From positions 385 to 64,384 of the forward strand of contig JAFIGC010000013.1 in NCBI GenBank assembly GCA_020831635.1: DNA of 64,000 nt. The letters are read 5' to 3'. The notes below the pieces were generated by a model. It searched no databases, was not told the origin of the DNA, and worked only from the letters and a program-made list of their open reading frames with translations. Positions 33,539 to 44,050 of the stretch are shown here, in pieces. Within the stretch, counting starts at the first letter, position 1; each line of letters opens with the position of its first letter. The stretch comes from Verrucomicrobiota bacterium. GTDB lineage: Bacteria > Verrucomicrobiota > Kiritimatiellia > SS1-B-03-39 > UBA6053. The position numbers and the translations under genes are program-made.

Positions 33539-36393
33539 AGCATGCCCTGACGATTCTTTTTGGCGCCCTGTTGATCGCCATCATCACGCCTTTGGCCCAA
33601 TTCAGCACCTTGGCCATGGTCAACCACGATCTGGAGACTTCGGCCGCTTCCGGTTGGGTGTTTGGCCTCCTCTTCGCCTTTGTGTTGGCGGCGGTGGCGT
33701 TGCGTCTGATTACCCGCAAGCCTTGGTTGAATCGCGGGCAGGTGGTGCTGATTTTCTCCATGCTTTCCATTGCCGTGCCCATCATGAACCTGGGATTGGT
33801 CCGCCCGTTGTTCCTCTCCTTGCGGGCCGTCCAGCAACATTATGTGGGTTTGGGCGTGGATACCTACCGGCGCGCGTATCAGGAACAATCTCCCAATTGG
33901 TTTCCGGTGGTGCCCACCACCGAGGGGTTGGCCCATCACAAGGCCGATCGGCTTTTGCGTCTTTTGAATGACGACGGCTTGGCCCGGCGGAGGCAAAACG
34001 CCCTGAACGAGTGGTTGTTGGATCTGCAAATCGAGGCCCGCCAAGTCGAGCGGGGCCTGGACCCCCGCGAGGAGGTCGGCGCGGAATTGTTGGAACGCTT
34101 GGAAGATTTGGGACTGATTGAAGTGGAGCGCATCCGCTTGACCTTGGATCGCGACGAGAATTTGCAGGAAGTCGCCGCGCGTTTGCAACTCATCCAACCC
34201 GTGGAAACCCTCTACGCGCGTTTGCGAACCGAAAGCGCCGAGGCCGCGGAAACCCTTTTGGCGCGAATTCAAGATTTGGACGAGCGGGACTTCTATTTTG
34301 TCCCCAGTGTGCGCCGTGAATTCGATCGGGGCATTCGCGGGCGTTTGACCCGCTTGTTGGATGAGCAACTCGACGCCGAAGAACGAAACGCGGTTTTGGC
34401 GCGGGGCCGCGCCCTCGAGGAGGAGCTGCCGGCGTTGCGGTCCTTGATCATGCAAATGGGGGAGCGGGATCGGGGACAAGTGCAGCGGGCCCGGCGGGAG
34501 GCCCATGAGCAAGTGTTCCACGCCATGGACCCCGTCGAACTCGCCGAAATTCGCACCGAATTTATTTTCCGCTCCCGGACCCAGGAGCGTAGCGGCATGT
34601 ATGCCCAACGTCCGGCCGCCGAAATTCCCAATCACGATCTCGCGGCCATGGAAGAATCCGTGTTCAGAACCAGCGAAGAAAAGGACATGCTGCGGGAAAT
34701 GGGCTTCAGGCAACGGATCGGATTTGTCATGGGCCAAGTCCCCGCGGAACTGTGGCGGGGTCCCCTGATCCGTTGGGCATTGTTTTTCCTCTCGATTTTC
34801 CTGTTCCTCATGTGTCTGGCGGAATGGTTGCGCCGCAAATGGGTGGATCGCGAAAACCTGGCCTTCCCCCTGGTGGAAGTGGCCGATCAGTTGATCCGCC
34901 ACGATTTCCGCTTGGAAACCGCCGAGGACTTGTTGCACCCCGAAAAACGGCGGGGCATGTTTTCCAACGTCTTCTGGGGCGGATTCGCCTTGGGCATGCT
35001 GATTATGGTGGTGGAAGCGGTCGGATATTACGGGCAGGGCACCCAACGGGTCATTGCCTGGGATTTGACCGCCGTCTTTGGCTTGCGGGAACTCAACAAT
35101 CTGGTCTTCGTGCTTTCGCCCATCCTGATCGGTCTCTTCTTTTTGGTGAGCTTGGAAATCAGCTTTTCGGTCTGGACCCTTTATCTGATTACCCGGGTGA
35201 CCTTCCTGGCCATTGGATTGCGGGCCGATGGCGCGATTCGAGATCCAAACTACGTGGGATGGGCCTCCCGGGGCTTTCCCTTCGAAATGGAACAGTTGCT
35301 CGGCGCGGGCGTGTGTTGTGGCGTGCTTTTGCTGATCAAGGCTTGGGGCGCCTCCGGAAAAAGCGAGTCCGCCGGCACCTCCGGCACCCCTTATTTGCCC
35401 GGAAAATTGACCTTGGCCGGATTGATAGTCTTGCCCTTGCTGATGATGGGGTTTGTCTATGATCTGGGGATGAAACATATCGGCGTGATGATTTTCTTCG
35501 GGGTGGTGTTGCTTTTGATGGTGATCACCTCCGCGCGCTTGCGCGCCGAAACGGGCCTGCCCATGCAGCAGGTCAATTACGATTTCACGCGATTCCCCAT
35601 GATGTTCGGGCTGTCGGGAACGATGGGGGTCAAATCCTTCCTGAATTATTTCGCCCTGGTGTTTCTGCCCGTCAGCCTCTTGTTCCGCCTTCTGCCCCAA
35701 CAGCTTGAAAATCTGGAGTTGGCCCGGCGCCACCAAGTCAAGGGCGGAATGTTGGCCTTGGCCACGTTGGTGGCCTTTGTTACCGCCTTGGGCGTGGGGC
35801 TGTTCAGTTTTCTTCTCATGGTCTATTGGGTGGGGGCGCCCGCTTTGGGCGCGGGCGCCGTGGGGCAAGGACCCGAGCCTTCCGCGATCATGGCCTATCC
35901 GCTCTGGGTTTCGCACTTTCTTGGCGAACAAGGATTGGGCACTTTCACCCAAATTCATCGTACCCGTTTGATTTTTGTTTTCGTGGGCGCATTCATTTTC
36001 GGCGTGCTCACCCTGCTGCGCAATCGAATTTTGCGCTTCCCGTTTCACCCCTTGGGCTATTTGCTGTTCCTGTTCAGCGTTTATCATGTTTGGTTGTCCC
36101 CTTATCACAAGGGCATCGATGGCGTGAGCTTGAACGGGGCCTCTTGGTTGTGGGGCAGCGCATTCGTGGCTTGGGGCATTAAAAGCCTGGTAATCAAATA
36201 TGGGGGGATGAATACCTACCGCAGTGCCAAACCCGGCTTCGTCGGCTTGATCGTCGGCGCCTTGGTGGCCCTGTTTCTGATCAACCTCGTGGATCTCGCA
36301 TATTCCATTCGGGCCACCGATCCGCAATACGAGCCGGGGGATGGGCAAAAGTCCTTTGTCGAATCCCCCGCTTTCACCCCCAGAGTTTATTGA
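33535..36393 (+). CDS. Polytopic membrane protein, family A of the duplicated module (copy 2)
   Basis: 952 aa; ATGA overlap with the upstream ATPase. It has a long Arg/Glu/Leu-rich soluble insertion after the first helices. The membrane core and C-terminal FPFHP...IKSLVIKYGG motif are paralogous to 787-3234. Confidence 0.8.
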   Translation: MKHALTILFGALLIAIITPLAQFSTLAMVNHDLETSAASGWVFGLLFAFVLAAVALRLITRKPWLNRGQVVLIFSMLSIAVPIMNLGLVRPLFLSLRAVQQHYVGLGVDTYRRAYQEQSPNWFPVVPTTEGLAHHKADRLLRLLNDDGLARRRQNALNEWLLDLQIEARQVERGLDPREEVGAELLERLEDLGLIEVERIRLTLDRDENLQEVAARLQLIQPVETLYARLRTESAEAAETLLARIQDLDERDFYFVPSVRREFDRGIRGRLTRLLDEQLDAEERNAVLARGRALEEELPALRSLIMQMGERDRGQVQRARREAHEQVFHAMDPVELAEIRTEFIFRSRTQERSGMYAQRPAAEIPNHDLAAMEESVFRTSEEKDMLREMGFRQRIGFVMGQVPAELWRGPLIRWALFFLSIFLFLMCLAEWLRRKWVDRENLAFPLVEVADQLIRHDFRLETAEDLLHPEKRRGMFSNVFWGGFALGMLIMVVEAVGYYGQGTQRVIAWDLTAVFGLRELNNLVFVLSPILIGLFFLVSLEISFSVWTLYLITRVTFLAIGLRADGAIRDPNYVGWASRGFPFEMEQLLGAGVCCGVLLLIKAWGASGKSESAGTSGTPYLPGKLTLAGLIVLPLLMMGFVYDLGMKHIGVMIFFGVVLLLMVITSARLRAETGLPMQQVNYDFTRFPMMFGLSGTMGVKSFLNYFALVFLPVSLLFRLLPQQLENLELARRHQVKGGMLALATLVAFVTALGVGLFSFLLMVYWVGAPALGAGAVGQGPEPSAIMAYPLWVSHFLGEQGLGTFTQIHRTRLIFVFVGAFIFGVLTLLRNRILRFPFHPLGYLLFLFSVYHVWLSPYHKGIDGVSLNGASWLWGSAFVAWGIKSLVIKYGGMNTYRSAKPGFVGLIVGALVALFLINLVDLAYSIRATDPQYEPGDGQKSFVESPAFTPRVY

Positions 36394-39300
36394 TGGAGTC
36401 TTTTGACGGCATGAACAAGCATATTCGATTTTCTCAAAACGCATTTTTGACGGCTTTCCTTGTCCTTTCCTTCGCTTTGACCGGCGTCGTGGACCGGGTA
36501 TTCGCCGGTCAACAGGATGCGGTGGCGGGTCGATTGAGCCGGGAAGAGCGGCGCATTTTGCGCAGTTTGCCGGCCTTGGGCGGGGAAGCGTTGCGGGATT
36601 TGTCTTTGGCCGTTTCTCCGGAGGCTTTGGAGTCGGACGTACGGGAAATCCTTGCATTCGCCCCGCTCTCCCTGGGCGCGCGGCAGGACGGGGACGCGTC
36701 CGTACACGATTGGGTGAAAACCCGGCTGTCCCCATTGTCGGGCGTCGAATGGTTGGGTGAGCTTCGCGAACGGATTCCCGTGCCCGTCCCGCTCTCGCAG
36801 GCCACGAGTTTGCGCGAGCGCCGCGAGTTGCACACCGAACTGCGCGTTGGGGACGAAACCTACGAGATTCACCCGTTTTGGCCCAATGGCGCCTTGCCGA
36901 CTTTGGCGCCGGAAGGCGGATTGCGGGGGCGGTTGGTTTATGTCGATGACGGCGAGTGGCAGGACCTGGAAGGTTTGGAAATCCGGGATGCCATCATCCT
37001 GATGAATTTCAAGGGCGGTCGCAATTGGAACCAGGCCTTGGAACTGGGGGCCAAAGCCGTGATTGCCATCGAAGACAACTACATCACCCGCCCACTCGCG
37101 GAGCGGTTCTTTTCGAATACGCCCATTCCTTTTCCCCGTTATTACGTGGACCGGGAAACCGGGGCGCGGTTGATCGACCGCGCGGAACGCAAACAAGCCG
37201 AGGATGACGGATACGCCGTGGTGCAAGGGGAAGAGGTGGAAATCCACGGCGGCAATTGGTTCGAAAACCGAATCGCCCGCAGCATGTTTGCCTGGATGCC
37301 CCCGCATGACGCGCTGGAAATCACCATTCGGGACACCGATTTGATAGACCGGATCGCCGCGCAATTCGGCTTGGAGGCTTCGGATATCCGCGATGAAAAC
37401 CAGTTGCCGGGGCCCGCGTTGTCCGCGGGGACCGAACTGATCATTCCCGGTCGGTTGGAAACCTATACGGTCAGGGAAGGGGACCTGTTGGAACGACTGT
37501 TGCGGGAATACCAAATCAGCCGCGAAGAGCTTGAAGCCGCCAGCGGCGCGCTGAATCCCGAGTTGCCCGCCGGAACCACCTTGCGCATTCCCCCGTTGGA
37601 CCGCCCCATGGTCGTCCTCGTTCGCCTGGAATCCGTCAGTTCCGTGCCCGGCTTGCCCCATGGCGCGAATGCGGCCGCGAACATCGCCGTGGCCACCCGA
37701 CTCTTGGAAATGTCCCACGCCATGCCCGAGGGCACCCGCAGACGCGGACTGCTGGTTGCGTTTTTGGAAGGGGATGTGCATGGCGGACGGGCCACCCGCC
37801 GCCTGTTGGAAACCTATTTGATGGACAACCAATTGATCGCGCCTGCCGCCGTGACCGCTTCCGGGGGCGCGGACGAAGAGGTCAATTTCCAGCGCTATCT
37901 GGATGTGGCCAAATGGCTTCGAAACGAAAAAGATCGTCCAGGGGAGGAGGCGTTGAACTGGTTTGTGGAGGATTGGCTGTACAACCAATTGAATCAATTC
38001 CGGGTGGAAGTCGCGGAAATGCGGGTGGATGCCATTCGCACGGCCATCAATCACCCCGGCCAAGTGGACGAAATGACCGCCATTCGCTCGCGAATGGAGT
38101 CCAAAATCGACACCATCGTAAAAATTCGCGACAGGACCCTGACCAACCGGGGCTTGGGCTATTTGCAACGGGCGGAAAACTTTCTGAGCGCCGCCGACGA
38201 TTTTATCGCGGAAGTGGAGGGGGATCCCTCGCTGGATCGCGCCTCGATGCTGGAGCTTTTCTTCATGGAAGTGGATGAAGAGCAACAACTGCGGGAACTC
38301 ATGGACTCGAACCGCATCGTGGCCGAAAAAGTATTGAATGTGATCCGTCCGACCGGAGCGTCCATTCCCCTGGATTCGCCCCGTCAGGGATGGTGGTTGA
38401 ACTTGAGCCCCGGGAGCCCGCACCTGGAGTTTACCCCCGTGGGCGATTACCGGGAGATGACCGGCCCGAACAACGCCACCGTCCGCACCATGGTCGAACG
38501 ATTTGACCGCGTGCAGGCCTTCGCGGCCCTGCAGGCCGGGTGGACCGAATCCTGGCCGTTTGTCGGAAACGACGTCCGCGCCGTTTTTCCCTTGTTGTCC
38601 ATCAATCCTCCGCCCGCATATGCCGAACTGTGGGCCGCCATGGGCGTGAGCTTGATCCCGCTGCGCGCCGCGAACGATCCCCGCCACAAATTGGATACAC
38701 CCCTCGATGTGCCCGATCATTTTGATTTTGACGCCTTTTCCACGTTGGCGCGCGGCGGGCTACTCCTGTTTCGGGTGAGTTTGGAAAGCGCCAGGGACGG
38801 TTCCGTTCCCGGCTCCCTTTCCCCGCCCCCGATGAGCCGTTTGGTGGGGACCACCACCCGCTTCAATATCCGCAGCGGGATTGACGCCCGTGATCCGGTG
38901 CCCCGGACCTTGGTATATTTCCCCGCGATCCGCAACCCGGGCGGGATCACCGCCGAATGGGGGGCGCACAACACCGCCACCTTTATGGGCAACCGCCTTG
39001 GCGTCATGCAATTTTCGCTCCTCAACGGACGCTATTCCCTGCCCGTGGAAGCCCAGACCTTCAGAGGCGGCAAAAACGTCCATGCCTATGTGCACGATGA
39101 ACGCAGCGGCTTGTTTTCCATGATCATGGACGGCGGACGCATCGGCACCCAGGTGCAAAGTTACTCCTTCGATTTCGCCGAAAGCCGGGACGCTTACAAA
39201 AACCTGATCATGTACGAGTTGTACCCCCTCGTGCTCAGTCCCGGGGTCGAACCCCTCGGTTACAGCACCCCCAGCACGCCCGCCATGCTGCCGCAAATTC

Positions 39301-41969
39301 AGGATGCGGTGCTCAAAGGCGTTCCCCGCCATTACAATATCGAACATCCGCGCATCCATTTCGGAGAAAGCGAGTTGGAAGGGACCCTCATCTACATGGA
39401 ACCCGGACGCCGCCTGATCATGCTCGATTCGCGCCAAGGCAATCTCCGCAGCCTGTTGATCGGAGATTTGGACCCCAACGACCCCACCAGTTTGGAGGGA
39501 CGGGGGATCCCCTTTGGCCCCGTTGGAGACAATCGCAACCTCGTGTTGCCCATCGCCCCCTATGAAATCGCCAAAAACCTCCAGGCTGTCAGTGAACGGC
39601 GCATGAATATTTACGAGGCTTTTGGCATTCGCGACCAGGAACTCAGCGCCACCTTGGAGATCAGCCGTCAAAAATTGGAGGAAGTGGAAGCTCATTTGGC
39701 GGCCCGCGAATGGCAGCAGGCCATTGGGCGATCCCGCGAATCCTGGGGGATGTTGATCAAAAATTATCCGGCCATCATGCGGCTGGGACGCGAGGCCGTG
39801 CTGTCGGTGGTCATCCTCATGGGCCTGTTGGCGCCCACATCCGTTTTCCTCGAAAAATTGGTGCTTGGCGGCAAACATATTCTCGCGCGTCTGGGCGGCA
39901 CCGTGCTCATTTTCGTGTTGGGCACCGTATTTTTGAATTTTTTCCATCCGGCCTTCAAAATCGCCATGTCGCCCTTTATCGTGGTGATCGCTTTCACCAT
40001 GATTCTCATGGCCGGTATTGTGCTCAGCATTTGTTATCAGCGGTTTGAAGTGCTTGTGCGCCGGGCCCGCATCGAAGGCGGGGAAGCCGAAAGCGAGGAA
40101 ATCAGTTTGATGAGCACCCTGAGCACCGCTTTTTCGCTAGGGGTTTCCAACTTGAAAAAACGTCCCACGCGAACCATTCTCACCGCGTTTACCGTAACCG
40201 TGCTGACGTTTTCCATCGTATCCTTCGTGTCCGTTCGCGGACAGGACACCCTGTTTTTGCGCCCCGTCGAACTCGACCAAACCATCCAAGGGGTGGCGAT
40301 GGAGGAAGGGGAGGCCATGCCCCCGGATTACCAAGGCGCTTTGTTCCGGGAATCCAATTGGGCGCCGCTCAACAACGATTTCATGAACGCCATTCGCACC
40401 GAATTCGGTTCCCGCTTCCAACTCGCGCGACGCGCCCATTACATTGAAGTCGCCGGTGGGAACAACGCCGCCCTCGAAGGACGCAATCAAATTGAAATCA
40501 GCAAGGGACGTGAGCGCGAAATCGTCACCGCGCTCATGGCCTTCGAACCCATCGAAACCGAATTCACGGGCTTGAACCGGGCCGTGAACCATGGCAATTG
40601 GTTCCGGGGCGCCGAAGGGGATCGACCCGAGGATCGCTTCCACATCATCCTGCCCGCTCGGGTTGCCGAAGTGTTGGGCATCACTCCCGGGGACTTGGTG
40701 GACGGCGAAGGAGACCGACGCCCCGACGCGGAACTGCCGCAAGTGAGGATGATGAACAATGACTGGCGGGTTGTCGGCATTCTTGATCCCCACATTGCCG
40801 ACCGCATCCGGGATGTGAATGGCAAATCCCCGGCATTGGTCGATTATTTGCGCAGCGCCATCACCCCCGCCCTGGGCACCGGCGCCCTTGAAACCGAAGA
40901 TGAACACACGCACATGAGCTTCGACGATCTGGCCATCGTCCCCTTGTCGGCTAGAACCAATGTGCGGGCCGGATGGAGTTCCCTCGCGATCCGCTTCCCG
41001 GACGATTTTGATTTCGAAGCCTTCCGCTCCGAATTGGCCCGCCGCATGGACCGGGCCATGTACGCGCATGTCGGAAACGACATCAGCCTTTTGTCCGCAC
41101 GCAAACAACAAAGCGTGGGCGGGCTGGCCAAGGTCATCGTCCCCATTATTCTCTGCGTGCTCATCGTGTCCAACACCATGATGGGCACCGTGGACGAGCG
41201 CGTGAGCGAAGTGCAAATGTTGGGCGCGATCGGCTTGTCTCCCTCCCAAATCAGCTTTTTGCTCCTCTCCGAATCCACCGTATTCTCTTGTATCGGCATT
41301 ATTTTCGGCACCTTTGCCGGGCTATTGTTCTCGCAATTGGTGGGCTTTTTCCCGGACACCTTGGGCCAATTGAGTTTTAATTTCACCTCGCTCGCCTCCA
41401 CCTTTCTGGCCATGGGCACCGGCGGCATCGTCTTGTTGGCCACCCTGATCCCCGCCAAAAAAGCCGCCGCCCTCGCCGCCCCCAGCGGCATGGACAAATG
41501 GGAGCTTCCCGAACCGGAGGCCGATGGCCACATCCGTTTCAGGCTGCCCTTTACCCTGACCCGCGGCAACGCCATCGGCATGGCCGCTTTCTTCCGGCGC
41601 TTTCTCCTGAACCACGTGGACAGTTCCTCCGCCGATTTCATCAGCAAAGGCGCGGCCATGTATCGCGAAAGCGCGGAAACCGGGCAGGGACTGCGTGTGA
41701 CCTGTCACATGTGGCTGGCCCCTTACGACCTCGACGTGGCCCAAGACTTGGTGCTGCACATCGATCCCACCGAAAACGAAGGTGTATTCGGGGTGACCAT
41801 TGTCTTGAACCGCACTTCCGGATCCGCCGATGCGTGGATGCGTACCAACTACGGATTTTTGGATTTGGTCCGCAAACAGTTTCTGCTGTGGCGGAACCTC
41901 GACCCCGCCATGCGAAAACGATATATTCAGGAAGGCGCCACCGAACTTGAAGGAAACCAACCGGTATGA
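36393..41969 (+). CDS. Giant FtsX/MacB-type permease fused to a degenerate PA/M28-like ectodomain carrying two LysM-like motifs (copy 2)
   Basis: About 1858 aa. ATG 36393 overlaps the upstream stop (TGATG); an alternative ATG is at 36411. PA-like segment is RDAIILMNFKGGRNWNQALELGAKAVIAIED. Two LysM-like motifs lie at 37320-37592. The M28-like scaffold VLVRLESVS...HGANAAANIA...VAFLEGDVHGG lacks canonical metal ligands. A MacB-type TM1 (KKRPTRTILTAFTVTVLTFSIVSF) and an FtsX domain (VDERVSEVQMLGAIGLSPSQISFLLLSESTVFSCIGIIFG) follow, then a C-terminal tail paralogous to that of copy 1. Confidence 0.75.
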   Translation: MESFDGMNKHIRFSQNAFLTAFLVLSFALTGVVDRVFAGQQDAVAGRLSREERRILRSLPALGGEALRDLSLAVSPEALESDVREILAFAPLSLGARQDGDASVHDWVKTRLSPLSGVEWLGELRERIPVPVPLSQATSLRERRELHTELRVGDETYEIHPFWPNGALPTLAPEGGLRGRLVYVDDGEWQDLEGLEIRDAIILMNFKGGRNWNQALELGAKAVIAIEDNYITRPLAERFFSNTPIPFPRYYVDRETGARLIDRAERKQAEDDGYAVVQGEEVEIHGGNWFENRIARSMFAWMPPHDALEITIRDTDLIDRIAAQFGLEASDIRDENQLPGPALSAGTELIIPGRLETYTVREGDLLERLLREYQISREELEAASGALNPELPAGTTLRIPPLDRPMVVLVRLESVSSVPGLPHGANAAANIAVATRLLEMSHAMPEGTRRRGLLVAFLEGDVHGGRATRRLLETYLMDNQLIAPAAVTASGGADEEVNFQRYLDVAKWLRNEKDRPGEEALNWFVEDWLYNQLNQFRVEVAEMRVDAIRTAINHPGQVDEMTAIRSRMESKIDTIVKIRDRTLTNRGLGYLQRAENFLSAADDFIAEVEGDPSLDRASMLELFFMEVDEEQQLRELMDSNRIVAEKVLNVIRPTGASIPLDSPRQGWWLNLSPGSPHLEFTPVGDYREMTGPNNATVRTMVERFDRVQAFAALQAGWTESWPFVGNDVRAVFPLLSINPPPAYAELWAAMGVSLIPLRAANDPRHKLDTPLDVPDHFDFDAFSTLARGGLLLFRVSLESARDGSVPGSLSPPPMSRLVGTTTRFNIRSGIDARDPVPRTLVYFPAIRNPGGITAEWGAHNTATFMGNRLGVMQFSLLNGRYSLPVEAQTFRGGKNVHAYVHDERSGLFSMIMDGGRIGTQVQSYSFDFAESRDAYKNLIMYELYPLVLSPGVEPLGYSTPSTPAMLPQIQDAVLKGVPRHYNIEHPRIHFGESELEGTLIYMEPGRRLIMLDSRQGNLRSLLIGDLDPNDPTSLEGRGIPFGPVGDNRNLVLPIAPYEIAKNLQAVSERRMNIYEAFGIRDQELSATLEISRQKLEEVEAHLAAREWQQAIGRSRESWGMLIKNYPAIMRLGREAVLSVVILMGLLAPTSVFLEKLVLGGKHILARLGGTVLIFVLGTVFLNFFHPAFKIAMSPFIVVIAFTMILMAGIVLSICYQRFEVLVRRARIEGGEAESEEISLMSTLSTAFSLGVSNLKKRPTRTILTAFTVTVLTFSIVSFVSVRGQDTLFLRPVELDQTIQGVAMEEGEAMPPDYQGALFRESNWAPLNNDFMNAIRTEFGSRFQLARRAHYIEVAGGNNAALEGRNQIEISKGREREIVTALMAFEPIETEFTGLNRAVNHGNWFRGAEGDRPEDRFHIILPARVAEVLGITPGDLVDGEGDRRPDAELPQVRMMNNDWRVVGILDPHIADRIRDVNGKSPALVDYLRSAITPALGTGALETEDEHTHMSFDDLAIVPLSARTNVRAGWSSLAIRFPDDFDFEAFRSELARRMDRAMYAHVGNDISLLSARKQQSVGGLAKVIVPIILCVLIVSNTMMGTVDERVSEVQMLGAIGLSPSQISFLLLSESTVFSCIGIIFGTFAGLLFSQLVGFFPDTLGQLSFNFTSLASTFLAMGTGGIVLLATLIPAKKAAALAAPSGMDKWELPEPEADGHIRFRLPFTLTRGNAIGMAAFFRRFLLNHVDSSSADFISKGAAMYRESAETGQGLRVTCHMWLAPYDLDVAQDLVLHIDPTENEGVFGVTIVLNRTSGSADAWMRTNYGFLDLVRKQFLLWRNLDPAMRKRYIQEGATELEGNQPV

Positions 41970-44050
41970 GTGACCCAACCCCCGACCCCACCACAAAGAA
42001 AAAACCGGCCAAAGGCAACGCGGAAGCCTTTTACGACTCACAGTTCAGCATCGAAGCGATGCAAAACGAGCCGTGTGAGAACGGCTTCACCTGGCGAACG
42101 GTCGTCGGTGCCCTGTTCATCGCCCTGGTGATGCTGCCCGGCATTATCTTCATGGGCCTCATGATCGGGGAAGACATGGGCAGCGCCGCCGACTGGGTGG
42201 TGATCATCCTTTTCGTGGAAATCGCCCGCCGCTCCTTCATTACCCTGCGCAAGCAGGAATTGTATATTCTCAAATATACCGTCAGCAGTTTGTCGAGTGT
42301 CTCCGGGAGCGTGGCGCTGGGCGGAGGCGTGTTCGCGTGGATGGTATTCAACCGATATCTGCGCAACTCCGAGGAATTCGCCAACTTTGGCATTGCCCAT
42401 GAAGTGCCCGACTGGTTTGCGCCCTTTGGCGACGCCGCCTACCAAGGCGGATTTTTCGCGGAAGTCTGGTGGCCCGTCCTCATCGTCACCGTTCTCACCA
42501 TGGTGCTCAACAAACTCACCCAGCTTTCCCTGGGCTTTCTCGCGTACAAAGTCACGGTCGACGTGGAACAGCTTCCCTTTCCGCTGGCGCCCATTCAGGC
42601 GGAAGGCGCCATCGCCTTGGCCGAAAGCAGCGAGGACAAAGACAAAAAGAATTTCCGGCAATACTGTTTTTCCATTGGCGCCATGATCGGGGCCGTGTTC
42701 GGCATTTTCTACGTGGCCGTCCCCATTCTGACCAGCGCCTTTTTCGACAGACCCCTGCAACTGATTCCCATTCCCTTCCTGGACTTGACCTTGGCCATGG
42801 AGCACATCATTCCGGGGGCCTTGATTGGCATCACCCTGAACCTCGGCCTCTTGTTCACCGGGTTCGTTTTGCCGTGGCGCATTGCCGTGGGCATGTTTTT
42901 CTCCACGGTTTTCTTCAAAATCATCTTCAACACCGTCCTGCAACGCAACGGCCTGTTGCCGAGTTGGGCCCCGGGCAAAGACGCCATCGAAACCCAGGTG
43001 GCCGACACCCTCGACTTTTATTTGTCCTTTGGCATTGGCACCAGTTTCGCCGTGTTCGCCGTGGGGCTTTTCGGCATGATCAAAGCCATCAAGGCCTACA
43101 GTAAAAAGAGCAAATCCAGTGATGATGACGTCCACGCCTCCGGGGGCGGCGACATCGATCTGTCCAAATTCTGGGAACGCAACAAAGACCGCGGCGATCC
43201 GCCCACCGGCCTGATGGTCGGCATCTGGGTGATCTCCGCATTTTGCTTTGTGCTGCTGTCCAATCATTTGATCAACGCGGGCACACCGGCCGAGGAGCGT
43301 TTCCCCGTGGCTTGGCTCATGGGCTTCGCCTTCCTGTGGACCCCCATCAACACCTACATCAACGCCCGCATGAGCGGGATTGCCGGACAGCACGCCGGGG
43401 TGCCCTTTGTCTTTGAATCCGCCATTTTCGCTTCCGGATACCGCGGAGTCAACATTTGGTTCGCCCCGCTCCCGCTCAACAACTATGGTGGCGTTGCCGA
43501 CATGTTTCGGGTTTGCGAACTGACCCGCACCAAGCTCACCTCCATTTTCAAGGCGGAGTTGTTCATTTTCCCGCTGATGTTGGTGGCCTCTTTCATTTTC
43601 TGGAGCTACATCACCGGATTGGGCCCCATTCCCTCCGACAATTATCCCTACGTTCAGAAATTCTGGCCCATGCACGCCCAGATGCGGGCCCTTTGGGCAT
43701 CCGCCATGCAGGAAGGTCAGTCCCTCCTGCTCGATGCCTTGAAACCTGGTGTCATCGGCGGCTCCTTTGCGCTGGGCTGTGCGCTGTTCGCCGGATTTGC
43801 CTTTCTCGGCATCAGTTCCCAATACATTTACGGCGCCCTGGCCGCCGCCAACGGCTATCCCCACAATGCCATCATGATCTTTGCCGGCGCCTGTCTGGGT
43901 CGGTACGTCCTGGCCCAAAAATTCGGGAAAGAGCGTTGGCAAAACTTCGCCCCCATTCTCGCGGTCGGATTTGGCGCCGGAATGGGCTTGGTCGGGATGC
44001 TCGCCATCGCCATTAACTTCCTTTGGGCCTCCATAGGAGTCAGCTACTAA
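41966..44050 (+). CDS. Polytopic membrane protein, family B of the duplicated module (copy 2; possible OPT-like)
   Basis: 694 aa; ATGA overlap with the upstream gene. It is collinear in sequence with 11803-13890 (GFTWRTVVGALFIALVMLPG, LPFPLAPIQAEG, ARMSGIAGQ, CELTRTKLTSI). Confidence 0.6.
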   Translation: MSDPTPDPTTKKKPAKGNAEAFYDSQFSIEAMQNEPCENGFTWRTVVGALFIALVMLPGIIFMGLMIGEDMGSAADWVVIILFVEIARRSFITLRKQELYILKYTVSSLSSVSGSVALGGGVFAWMVFNRYLRNSEEFANFGIAHEVPDWFAPFGDAAYQGGFFAEVWWPVLIVTVLTMVLNKLTQLSLGFLAYKVTVDVEQLPFPLAPIQAEGAIALAESSEDKDKKNFRQYCFSIGAMIGAVFGIFYVAVPILTSAFFDRPLQLIPIPFLDLTLAMEHIIPGALIGITLNLGLLFTGFVLPWRIAVGMFFSTVFFKIIFNTVLQRNGLLPSWAPGKDAIETQVADTLDFYLSFGIGTSFAVFAVGLFGMIKAIKAYSKKSKSSDDDVHASGGGDIDLSKFWERNKDRGDPPTGLMVGIWVISAFCFVLLSNHLINAGTPAEERFPVAWLMGFAFLWTPINTYINARMSGIAGQHAGVPFVFESAIFASGYRGVNIWFAPLPLNNYGGVADMFRVCELTRTKLTSIFKAELFIFPLMLVASFIFWSYITGLGPIPSDNYPYVQKFWPMHAQMRALWASAMQEGQSLLLDALKPGVIGGSFALGCALFAGFAFLGISSQYIYGALAAANGYPHNAIMIFAGACLGRYVLAQKFGKERWQNFAPILAVGFGAGMGLVGMLAIAINFLWASIGVSY

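Noticed and set aside
33517-36735. 1072-aa minus-strand ORF
   Set aside because: It is antisense to the family-A membrane protein gene and the start of the giant permease gene. Its composition is dominated by Gly, Arg, Pro, His and Gln, with no domains. The plus-strand frames carry clear TM and paralogy signals.
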